Source of the DNA: Delftia acidovorans NBRC 14950
GTDB lineage: Bacteria > Pseudomonadota > Gammaproteobacteria > Burkholderiales > Burkholderiaceae_C
Direction of reading: 5' to 3'
DNA: 32,000 nt
NCBI RefSeq assembly: GCF_001598795.1
Contig: NZ_BCZP01000003.1
Location: 1-32,000, forward strand
Shown one piece after another: positions 17,776 to 27,103 of the stretch. The notes under the pieces are model-generated. The model did no database searches, had not been told where the DNA came from, and worked only from the letters and a program-made list of their open reading frames with translations. The translations under genes were made by a program, and so were the position numbers. Numbering within the stretch: the first letter of the stretch is position 1; each line of letters begins with the position of its first letter.

Positions 17776-18813
17776 TCAGCCTGCGCCGCCGCGCCCGCCA
17801 AAGCGATCCCGGTACGCCACCGGGGTAATGCCCAGATGGCGCACGAACAGGTGGCGCAGCGCCTGCTCCGAGCCCAGGCCCACGCGCGCGGCCACGGTCT
17901 TGAGCGGCAGATGGGCCTGGCTTTCCAGCAGTTGCTTGGACGCCTCCAGCCGCGCGCTCTCCACAAAGGCCGTGGGGCTTTGCCCCGTTTCCTGCTGGAA
18001 CACGCGGCGCAGGTGCCGCTCGCTCATGTGCGCCTGCTCGGCCATCTGCGTGAGGGTCAGGGGCTCGGCCAGATGGGCCATCACCCACTGCTGCACGGCC
18101 TGCACGCCGCCGTGCTGCGCGGCCTGGGCCGCCAGCGGCACGCTGAACTGCGACTGCCCGCCGGGGCGCTTGAGATACATGACCAGGTCACGCGCCACCT
18201 CCAGCGCCAGCGCGTGGCCGAAATCCTCTTCCACCACGGCCAGGGCCAGGTCGATGCCGGCCGTCACGCCGGCCGAGGTCCACAGCTGGCGGCTGCCTTC
18301 ACCATCGCGGATTTCCTCGCGCAGGTAGATGGCATCGGCATCGACCTGCACGCGCGGATGGCGCTGGGCCAGTTGCGCCGTCACGCTCCAGTGCGTGGCC
18401 GCGCGCCGGCCGTCCAGCAAGCCCGCCTCGGCCAGGAAGAAGCTGCCCGAGCACAGCGCAATCAGCCGCTGCACACGCGGCGCCACGCGGCCCAGCCAGG
18501 CGACCAGCTCGGCCGAGCCGCCCAGCACCTGCTCGATATGGCGCGAGCCCACGACAACCACGGTGCAGCCCATGCCTGCAGCCTCCAGCCCGGCCAGCGT
18601 ATGCGTGGCCTCCAGCGACATCAGCGTGTCCGAGCGCACGGCCCCTTGCCGCTGCGAGACCACGCGCACCTCGTAGCCGTCGCTCTGGCCGCGCGCGCGC
18701 AGGTGCACGTTGGCATAGTCGAACACCGACATGGGTCCTATGGCCTCCAGCGCCTTGAAGCCGGGGTAGACGACAAGATCGATGCGGTGGGCGCTGGCGT
18801 GGCGGTGGTCCAT
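17776..18813 (-). CDS. GlxA-family transcriptional regulator (DJ-1/PfpI-like domain + AraC HTH)
   Basis: The N-terminal class-I glutamine-amidotransferase-like fold ([21 protein letters not shown]..., [26 protein letters not shown]) is followed by a C-terminal AraC double HTH ([27 protein letters not shown]...). Confidence 0.85.
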   Translation of the reverse strand: [345 protein letters not shown]

Positions 18814-18958
18814 GGGAAACGGCGGGCTCGGAGGCGGTCAGGGTGGAAAGAATGGGGCGGACTATACGAAAAGACGCAAGCACCCACGGCCAGCAGGCCC
18901 GGCCGACACCGGCCACACCCCTCAGATTCGGACATATCACCTGGGGCTGCGGCCATGA

Positions 18959-20161
<1,203 letters not shown>

Positions 20162-20165
20162 AGCT

Positions 20166-20300
20166 CCCCCTGAGGCACTGCGCGCCTTCCCCCTCTCTAT
20201 TCGCTACGCGAGGGAGGGGGACGACGCCCTCGGCTGGGCGCCCCCGCCGCGAGGCGGCTCTTGCTCGGCGCCTCTCGCCTGGGCAGCGCCAGTTTCATGG
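20166..20300. repeat. REP-like intergenic repeat, copy A (family ccccctgaggcRctKcgcgccttccccct ... gggggacgac ... cgccagtttc)
   Basis: It shares its 5' block (about 29 nt with 2 mismatches), internal gggggacgac block and 3' cgccagtttc block with copy B at 21262-21362. Copy A carries extra loop insertions. Confidence 0.8.
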
Positions 20301-20396
20301 GCCGTTGACCGTGTATAGCGTATCAACTCCCATCTTTGAATGCTGCACGCACCGCTTGCCAAGGTGCCCGTAGCATTTTTCTTTTTGAGGAACACC

Positions 20397-21269
20397 ATGT
20401 CCGCACTGCCGCCCCTGGAACTCAAGAACGCCCATGCCTGCTTCGGCGGCGCACAGCGTTTCTACGAGCATTTCTCCGCCGAGATCGGCCTGAACATGAA
20501 GTTCTCGGTCTTCCTGCCGCCCAAGGCCGTGGCCGGCGAGAAGGTGCCTGCCGTGCTCTACCTGGCCGGGCTGACCTGCACCGAAGAGACCTTCATGACC
20601 AAGGCCGGCGCCCAGCGCCTGGCCGCCGAGCTGGGCATTGCGCTGATCGCGCCCGACACCAGCCCGCGCGGCGCAGGCCTGCCCGGCGAGGCCGATGCCT
20701 GGGACTTCGGTGTGGGCGCGGGCTTCTACCTGGATGCCACCACCAAGCCCTGGGCACTGCACTGGCGCATGGAAAGCTATCTGCTGGGCGAGCTGCTGCC
20801 GCTGATCGCCGCACGCCTGCCCATTGACGCGCAGCGGCTGGGCATCTTCGGCCACTCCATGGGCGGCCACGGCGCGCTCACGCTGGCGCTGCGCCATCCG
20901 GGCCGCTTCAGGAGCCTGTCGGCCTTCGCGCCCATCGCCAACCCCGTCAACTGCCCCTGGGGCCAGAAAGCCTTCTCAGGTTATCTGGGCGATGACCGCA
21001 AGGCCTGGGAAGCGCATGACGCCAGCTGCCTGATGGCCGCCCAGACCGAGGCGCCCTACCCGGCCGGCATCCTCGTGGACCAGGGCCTGGCCGACAAGTT
21101 CCTGATCGAAAAGCAGCTGCTGCCCGAAGCCTTCGAGGCCGCCTGCGCCCAGGCCGGCCAGCCGCTGACGCTGCGCCGCCACGGCGGCTACGACCACGGC
21201 TACTACTTCATCCAGAGCTTCATTGATGACCATCTGCGCCACCATGCAGAGCAGTTGAGTACCCCCTGA
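20397..21269 (+). CDS. fghA: S-formylglutathione hydrolase (esterase D family)
   Basis: 290 aa. Typical FGGAQRFYEHFS...MKFSVFLPP N-terminus and the serine nucleophile motif GHSMGGHGAL. GAGGA RBS before ATG 20397 (the ORF track opens earlier, at 20340). Confidence 0.93.
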   Translation: MSALPPLELKNAHACFGGAQRFYEHFSAEIGLNMKFSVFLPPKAVAGEKVPAVLYLAGLTCTEETFMTKAGAQRLAAELGIALIAPDTSPRGAGLPGEADAWDFGVGAGFYLDATTKPWALHWRMESYLLGELLPLIAARLPIDAQRLGIFGHSMGGHGALTLALRHPGRFRSLSAFAPIANPVNCPWGQKAFSGYLGDDRKAWEAHDASCLMAAQTEAPYPAGILVDQGLADKFLIEKQLLPEAFEAACAQAGQPLTLRRHGGYDHGYYFIQSFIDDHLRHHAEQLSTP

Positions 21270-21362
21270 GGCGCTTCGCGCCTTCCCCCTGAAAGGGGGA
21301 CGACAGCCTCGCTGCGGGGCGGCCCTTGCTTGCTGTCCCTGGGTTGGAGCGCGCCAGTTTCC
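21262..21362. repeat. REP-like intergenic repeat, copy B, which contains the fghA stop codon
   Basis: Same family as 20166-20300. It contains hairpins aggcgc-ttc-gcgcct and tccccct-gaa-aggggga (21284-21300). The TGA of the conserved ccccctgagg block (21267-21269) is the fghA stop. Confidence 0.8.
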
Positions 21363-21396
21363 AAGATTGGGCACAAGACCATAGAACGGGCGCGTC

Positions 21397-22242
21397 TCAT
21401 CCAGGCATGCGCCCCGCGCGCATGTCCTGCGCAATCCGCTCCAGTACCTGCGGCAGGTCCTTCACGCTGGCGATCACGTGGTGGGCGCCGGCTGCGCGCA
21501 GCTTGGCCTCGGCGCGGGCTACGCGCTCGCGCACTTCTTCGGCGGGGGCGGCGGCCAGTTCGGCGGGGGAGTAGCCGACTTCGTTGCCGGACAGGGTCAG
21601 GCCCACGGTCCACATGCCGGCGTTGCGGCCTTCCTCGATGCCGGGCACGGTGTCGTCCACCTTCACGCAGGCGCGCACGTCGCCAATGCCCAGCGCCAGC
21701 ACATTGGCCAGCGCCATGAAGGGGCCTGGGCGGCCGCCTGCGGCCATTTCATCGCCGGCCACCACATGGTCGGGAGCCAGGCCGTTGGCCGCTGCCTGCG
21801 GCAGCAGCTGGTTCAGGACTTCACGCGGATAGCCCGAGCACGAGCCCACCTTCAGGCCCTGCGCGCGCAGCCAGCCCAGCAATTCAGGCGCGCCTTCGAT
21901 GGGTGCCGAAAACTCACCGACCTTGGCGATCTGCATGGGCATGAAGCGGGCGTAGATGGCATCCACGTCGGCGTCGCCAGGCGGCTGGCCGAAGGCCTTG
22001 TGCCATTGCGCGCGGATGCCTTCGTTCTGCAGCAGCTCGTGGATGTGCTGCCACTTGGACAGGCCCATGGGGCCGCGAGCCTGGGCCAGGGTGATGGTGA
22101 TGCCGAAGCTGGCAAAGGCCTCGACAAAGATCTGCGTGGGCGCCAGCGAGCCGAAATCGACCAGGGTGCCGGCCCAGTCGAAGATGACGGCCTGCAGCGG
22201 CGACAGATCGGCGGCGGCGGTGGAGACGGTGGTGTGGTTCAT
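21397..22242 (-). CDS. phnX: Phosphonoacetaldehyde hydrolase (phosphonatase), HAD superfamily
   Basis: LQAVIFDWAGTLVDFGSLAPTQIFVEAFASFGITITLAQARGPMGLSKWQHI is the PhnX N-terminus (nucleophile Asp in DWAGT, Schiff-base Lys in GLSKW). Start is ATG 22242 or TTG 22257. Confidence 0.9.
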   Translation of the reverse strand: MNHTTVSTAAADLSPLQAVIFDWAGTLVDFGSLAPTQIFVEAFASFGITITLAQARGPMGLSKWQHIHELLQNEGIRAQWHKAFGQPPGDADVDAIYARFMPMQIAKVGEFSAPIEGAPELLGWLRAQGLKVGSCSGYPREVLNQLLPQAAANGLAPDHVVAGDEMAAGGRPGPFMALANVLALGIGDVRACVKVDDTVPGIEEGRNAGMWTVGLTLSGNEVGYSPAELAAAPAEEVRERVARAEAKLRAAGAHHVIASVKDLPQVLERIAQDMRAGRMPG

Positions 22243-22296
22243 GGTGTTTATTGACAAGGAAAGAGGTTCAAACAGAAGAGGGCCGCACGCGCCTGT

Positions 22297-23385
22297 TCAT
22301 TCCAGCGTGCGGATGAAATTGCGCCCGCGCGGGCCGGATGCGGCCGACTGCAGCAGCTGCTGCCACTCATCCCCGGGCACGCCGTAGTGGGCGGGATCGG
22401 TGGCCACGCCCAGGCTTTCGAGGAAGTTGCGCAGGCGCTGCACGGCCAGCTCGCCCGTGGCGGCATCGAAGATGGACAGCAGGGCCGCGTCGGCCTGGTC
22501 GTCGGCGCCCAGGGCCATCTCCAGCACCAGCGGCAGGCTGAACGAGCAGGCAATGCCGTGGGCCACGCCATGGCGCAGCGTGATGTCGTAGGACAGCGAA
22601 TGCGCCAGCGCCGTGCGGGTGTTGGAGAAGGCCAGGCCGGCCATCAGGGCTGCCTCGGCCATGCGGCTTCGCAGCGGCAGGCTGCCCAGGTCCTGCATCA
22701 GCGCGGGCAGCGTGGCCAGGGTGCGCCGCGCGGCGCCCACGGCCAAGGTGGTGGAGACGGGATTGCGGTGCCGGTTCCAGATGGACTCCAGCGCATGCGA
22801 CAGCGCATCCAGCCCCGAGGCCAGCGTGGCGCCGGCCGGCAGGCTTTGCATGAGCTGCGCGTCGATGATGGCGGCCTCGGGCCAGGTCCAGTGCTGGTGC
22901 AGCGAGTGCTTGCGGCCAGCGGCCTGGTCCCAGATCGTGGCCCAGGGCGTGACCTCGCTGCCCGTGCCGGCCGTGGTGGGAATGGCGATCAGCGCCTTGT
23001 GGCCTGCGGCCGGCAGGGCCAGCCCCTGCTCCAGGGCCTGCAGCAGTTCGCCGAAACGCCGCGTGGGCGTGGCGCACATCAGCGCCTTGGCCGAGTCGAT
23101 GGCGCTGCCGCCGCCCAGGGCCACGATGCACGGGACCTCGGCGTATTCGCGGTGCACGCGGTCATACAGCGGGGCCAGCCACTGCACATCGGGGTTGGGC
23201 GCAATGCCGTCCACCACGCCGCGCAGCTGGCTGCCCAGCCGTTGGCGCAGCTGCTGCACCAGGCCCAGGGATTCGGCCTCGGGAAACGTCACCAGCAGGC
23301 AGTCGCGCCCGGCCAGCAGCTCGGGCAGGCGGTCCAGGCGGCCAGGGCCGGCATGGATGGCAACGGGGTTGTGATAGGTCCACAC
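22297..23385 (-). CDS. Iron-containing (group III) alcohol dehydrogenase; candidate 2-hydroxyethylphosphonate / phosphonoacetaldehyde oxidoreductase
   Basis: Motifs ALGGGSAIDSAKAL and LAHSLSYDITLRHGVAHG (Fe-ADH metal histidines). Start chosen at GTG 23385, with AAGGA 7 nt upstream. It sits between phnE and phnX in one operon. Confidence 0.8.
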   Translation of the reverse strand: MWTYHNPVAIHAGPGRLDRLPELLAGRDCLLVTFPEAESLGLVQQLRQRLGSQLRGVVDGIAPNPDVQWLAPLYDRVHREYAEVPCIVALGGGSAIDSAKALMCATPTRRFGELLQALEQGLALPAAGHKALIAIPTTAGTGSEVTPWATIWDQAAGRKHSLHQHWTWPEAAIIDAQLMQSLPAGATLASGLDALSHALESIWNRHRNPVSTTLAVGAARRTLATLPALMQDLGSLPLRSRMAEAALMAGLAFSNTRTALAHSLSYDITLRHGVAHGIACSFSLPLVLEMALGADDQADAALLSIFDAATGELAVQRLRNFLESLGVATDPAHYGVPGDEWQQLLQSAASGPRGRNFIRTLE

Positions 23386-23432
23386 AAATCGGTCCTTTGA
23401 ATGAAACGGGGGCGCCGGTAAAAGCGCAGCCC

Positions 23433-24278
23433 TCAATGGCGGGTGCCCTGCTGGATGCGGCGGCGCAGCCAGTGGGAGACGAGATCGGCGGCGATCACCA
23501 TCACGGTGATGACCACGATGCAGGTGGCCGTCTCCTGGTAGCGGAACAGCTTGAGGCTGCCGACCAGCTCGAAACCCAGCCCGCCCGCGCCCACCATGCC
23601 CAGCACCGTGGCCGAGCGCAGGTTGACCTCGAAGCGGTAGAGCACGACCGCAATCCAGGCCGTGATGGCCTGCGGTATCACGCCGAAGACGATGAGCTGC
23701 AATTGCGTGGCGCCTGCGCTGCGCAGGGCCTGCAGCGGGCCGTCGTCGATCTCTTCGATGCTCTCGGCGAAGAACTTGCCCAGCATGCCCATGCCATGCA
23801 GGGCCAGGGCCAGCACGCCGGGAAACGGCCCCAGGCCCACGGCCGAGACAAAGACCAGCGCCAGGATCAGCTCGTTGATGCTGCGCACCACGTTCAGGAA
23901 CTGCCGCGTGATGCGCCGCAGCCAGTGCCAGCCATGCAGGTTGCTGGCCGCGATGAAGGACAGCGGCAGCGCCAGCACCACGGACAGCAGCGTGCCCCAG
24001 ATGGCGATCTGCACCGTCTCCAGCGCGGGCGCCATCAGGCGCGGCAGCATGCTCCAGTCCGACGGCACGGAGCGCGCCACGAAGTCTGCGATCTGGGGCA
24101 TGCCTGCCGCCAGTTCACCCCAGCTCATCTGCGCGCCGCCCGCGCTCCAGTGCAGCACCCAGGCGATGGCCAGGGCCGCAGCCGCATAGCCGGTCCAGCC
24201 CAGGGCGCCATGGGGGCGCGGCGCGGTCCATTGCCAGCGGTCGCGCGGCTCGGGGCTCCAGGAATTGGCGCTGGTCAT
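23433..24278 (-). CDS. phnE: Phosphonate ABC transporter permease
   Basis: Multi-TM protein with the PhnE-type EAA region (MLGKFFAESIEEIDDGPLQALRSAGATQLQLIVFGVIPQ). AGGAGG lies 6 nt upstream of ATG 24278, which overlaps the phnC stop (TGATG). Confidence 0.88.
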   Translation of the reverse strand: MTSANSWSPEPRDRWQWTAPRPHGALGWTGYAAAALAIAWVLHWSAGGAQMSWGELAAGMPQIADFVARSVPSDWSMLPRLMAPALETVQIAIWGTLLSVVLALPLSFIAASNLHGWHWLRRITRQFLNVVRSINELILALVFVSAVGLGPFPGVLALALHGMGMLGKFFAESIEEIDDGPLQALRSAGATQLQLIVFGVIPQAITAWIAVVLYRFEVNLRSATVLGMVGAGGLGFELVGSLKLFRYQETATCIVVITVMVIAADLVSHWLRRRIQQGTRH

Positions 24279-25156
24279 CACAGTCCTCCTGCGGGCGCGC
24301 TGGCCCGCATCCACGAGGCAGGCACCGGCGCCTGCGCATGCAGGCCGGCAGGCCCTATGGCCGCCGTGCCCGGAGGTGTGTCCGGCTCTGCGCCCTGCCC
24401 TGCGCCTTGCCCTGCAGTGGGCTGCGCATGGTAGATGGCCTGCAGCGCGGCCTCGTCCAGCGCCTGCGGCGATCCGTCAAAGACCATGCGGCCCTGGGCC
24501 AGGCCCAGCACACGGTCGCCGAACTCCCGCGCGTAGTCCACCTGGTGCAGGTTGCAGACCACGGCAATGCCCAGCTCGCGCGTGGCATCGCGCAGGTACT
24601 GCAGCACGCTGCGCGCGGTCTTGGGGTCCAGGCTGGCCACGGGCTCGTCGGCCAGGATGACCTGGGGCTGCTGGGCCAGCGCGCGGGCAATGCCCACGCG
24701 CTGCATCTGCCCGCCCGACAGCGCCTCGGTGCGTTCCAGCGCCTTGTGGGCCAGGCCCACGCGCTCCAGGCACTGGTCGGCCAGGCGGATATCGCTTTCG
24801 CGGAACAGCTGCAGCACCGAGGCCAGGGTGCCGGTCTGGCCCAGGCGCCCGGTCAGCACGTTCTTGCGCACCGACAGGCGCGGCACCAGGTTGTGGTGCT
24901 GAAAGACCATGGCCACATGGCGAGCCAGCTCGCGCCGGCTGTGCCTGCCGCCGCCCAGCATCAGGTCCATGCCGCCCACCTCCAGCGTGCCGCTGTCGGC
25001 GCGGGCCAGGCCGTTCATGCAGCGCAGCAGCGTGGACTTGCCGGCCCCCGACAGGCCCAGCATGACGACGAACTCGCCGGGCTGCACATCCAGGTCGATG
25101 CCATGCAGCACGTGGTTGCTGCCATAGCTCTTGCGCAATTGGCGAATGCGGATCAT
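24278..25156 (-). CDS. phnC: Phosphonate ABC transporter ATP-binding protein
   Basis: Walker A GLSGAGKST, ABC signature LSGGQMQRVGIARAL, Walker B ILADEP. It has a ~45-aa Gly/Ala/Pro-rich C-terminal tail. The start overlaps the phnD stop (ATGA). Confidence 0.9.
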   Translation of the reverse strand: MIRIRQLRKSYGSNHVLHGIDLDVQPGEFVVMLGLSGAGKSTLLRCMNGLARADSGTLEVGGMDLMLGGGRHSRRELARHVAMVFQHHNLVPRLSVRKNVLTGRLGQTGTLASVLQLFRESDIRLADQCLERVGLAHKALERTEALSGGQMQRVGIARALAQQPQVILADEPVASLDPKTARSVLQYLRDATRELGIAVVCNLHQVDYAREFGDRVLGLAQGRMVFDGSPQALDEAALQAIYHAQPTAGQGAGQGAEPDTPPGTAAIGPAGLHAQAPVPASWMRASAPAGGL

Positions 25157-26040
25157 TTCATGCTCCCCAGGTCGAGCTTCAGGGCCTTGGCCGTCTGGCG
25201 TACCACGTCGTAGGCCTTGTCATCCGTGGCCGCGAAGCCGTCGAGCACACCCTGGTCGCCCCAGGGCAAGTCCTTGACCTCGGCCAGGGCCGCAGCCACC
25301 TTCTGCTTGGTGCCGGCGTCCAGGCTCTTGCGCCAGGTCATGGGCGACTCGGGGATGGGCTGGGAGCGCCAGACGATCTGGAAGTCCTCGCGCTTGACCA
25401 GGCCCTTGCTCACGGCCGAGTCGAAGATGCGGTCGGCCACGGCCGCCGCATCCACCTTGCCGTTGGCCACGGCCATGATGCTGGCGTCGTGCGAGCCCGA
25501 GAAGATCACGCGCGAAAAGCCCTTGTCCGCATCGAATCCCTCGGCCATCAACCCGGCCTTGGGAAACAGGTGGCCCGACGCCGAGGTCGGGTCCACAAAG
25601 GCAAAGCTGCGGCCCTTGAGATCGGCCACGCTGGCCGGACCCTTGTCCTTGCGGGAGATCACCATGCTGTGGTACGCGCTCTTGCCCGTCTTCTTGGTCA
25701 CGGCCACCGCAAAGGCCTCGGCGCCCGCCACCTGGCTGGCCAGCACGTACGAGAACGGGCCGAGGAAGGCGATGTCGATCTTGTTGGAGCGCAGCGCCTC
25801 GATCACGCCGTTGTAGTCATTGGCCACGAAGGGCCGCACCTTCATGCCGGTGCGGGTGGCCAGCTGGTCCATGACCTGCTGGCTGGCGCGGATCATGGCC
25901 TGCGCGTCCTCCGAGGGGATCAGGCCCACGCGCAGCTCGGCGGGCTGGGCAAAGGCGGCAGTGGTAGCGGTGGTGGCGGTGGCGGCCAGGGCCAGCACGG
26001 CTGCGGCATGGCGCAGCCAGGTCTTGCGGTTCATCTTCAT
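25153..26040 (-). CDS. phnD: Phosphonate/phosphite ABC transporter periplasmic substrate-binding protein
   Basis: Signal peptide MKMNRKTWLRHAAAVLALAATATTATTAAFAQ, then a PhnD-like LRVGLIPSED...IDIAFLGPFSYV...FVDPTSASGHLFP. AAGGA lies 8 nt upstream of ATG 26040. Confidence 0.88.
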   Translation of the reverse strand: MKMNRKTWLRHAAAVLALAATATTATTAAFAQPAELRVGLIPSEDAQAMIRASQQVMDQLATRTGMKVRPFVANDYNGVIEALRSNKIDIAFLGPFSYVLASQVAGAEAFAVAVTKKTGKSAYHSMVISRKDKGPASVADLKGRSFAFVDPTSASGHLFPKAGLMAEGFDADKGFSRVIFSGSHDASIMAVANGKVDAAAVADRIFDSAVSKGLVKREDFQIVWRSQPIPESPMTWRKSLDAGTKQKVAAALAEVKDLPWGDQGVLDGFAATDDKAYDVVRQTAKALKLDLGSMK

Positions 26041-26221
26041 GGGAGCGTTCCTTTGCATCAGGTCAGGCACATCGGCAGATCGGTGGATCCGTGAATCGCC
26101 GGCCAAATCGCCAGGCGGGTGGGGATGGCTGAATGCTAGGAGCGACATATTTCTGCCATGTGAAAGTTTCAGAATCGGTTTTGACAGCATCCATAGACAA
26201 AACCTTGAGATACCGACTTTC

Positions 26222-27073
26222 GTGAGCAACGCCCGCTACCGCGCCTTCATCGCCGTCGCCCACCACGGCAGCCTCAGCGCCGCCGCCCGCGCACTGGGCG
26301 TGAGCCAGCCCACCATCTCCACCCAGATCGCCACGCTGGAGCGCCAAAGCCAGATCGAGCTGTTCCACCGCCGCGGCTACCGCATGACGCTCACGGGCGC
26401 AGGCGCCAGACTGCTGCCCATGGCGCAGAAAATCATGGCGCTGGAGGCCGAGGCCGAATTCTTCCTGCGCGACTCGGGGCAACTGCACCAGGGCGAGCTC
26501 AAGATCGGCGCCGTGGGGCCCTTCCATGTGATCGAAATGGTGGCCGCCTACCGCGCACGGCATCCGGGCATGCAGTTGTCCATCCGCATGGGCAACTCGC
26601 AGCAGGTGCTGGCCGACCTGGAACGCTACGACACCGACGTGGCCGTGCTCGCCGGCCTCTACGACCGCCCGGAGCTGCTGGCACGCGAGTACGCGCGCCA
26701 CGCCATCGTGCTGTTCGCCCATGTGGCCCATCCCTTCGCGCGGCGCAGCGAAATCGCGCTGTCCGAACTGCAGGGCCAGCCTTTGCTGCTGCGCGAGCAC
26801 GGCTCGACCACGCGCACCGCGCTGGAATCGGTGCTGCAGGCCGCCGGCGTGCAGCCGCGCACCGAACTGGAGATCGGCAGCCGCGAAGCCATACGCGAAG
26901 CCGTGGCGCGCGGCCTGGGACTGGGCGCCGTGTCCGAAGCCGAATTCATCCCCGACCCGCGCTTTCGCCCGCTGCGCATCGCGGGCGACCCGGCCAGCAC
27001 CACCACCTATGTCTATTGCATGCGCGAGCGCAGCGACAGCCTGCTGGTGAGGTCTTTTCTGGAGGCGGTTTGA
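26222..27073 (+). CDS. LysR-family transcriptional regulator, divergent from the phosphonate operon
   Basis: HTH RYRAFIAVAHHGSLSAAARALGVSQPTISTQIATLE. The only plausible start is GTG 26222. Divergent arrangement with phnD, with a 181-bp shared control region. Confidence 0.8.
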   Translation: MSNARYRAFIAVAHHGSLSAAARALGVSQPTISTQIATLERQSQIELFHRRGYRMTLTGAGARLLPMAQKIMALEAEAEFFLRDSGQLHQGELKIGAVGPFHVIEMVAAYRARHPGMQLSIRMGNSQQVLADLERYDTDVAVLAGLYDRPELLAREYARHAIVLFAHVAHPFARRSEIALSELQGQPLLLREHGSTTRTALESVLQAAGVQPRTELEIGSREAIREAVARGLGLGAVSEAEFIPDPRFRPLRIAGDPASTTTYVYCMRERSDSLLVRSFLEAV

Positions 27074-27103
27074 GGGCCGCGCCGGGCCACCTCGGCCCCC
27101 GCC

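Noticed and set aside
24278-24420. Gly/Ala/Pro-rich ~45-aa C-terminal tail of PhnC, a possible frameshift or mis-called stop
   Set aside because: The frame stays open to the TGATG junction with phnE, which has a strong AGGAGG RBS inside the tail. There is no evidence of a frameshift, so this is probably just a low-complexity extension.
26140-26190. Possible Pho box upstream of phnD (ctgccat at 26153-26159 on the plus strand; ctgtcaa on the minus strand, the reverse complement of 26183-26189)
   Set aside because: Only single 6/7 half-sites. No second CTGTCAT-like repeat lies at the required 11-bp spacing, so I cannot call a PhoB site. The tgaaa-g-tttca dyad at 26161-26171 has only 5-bp arms.
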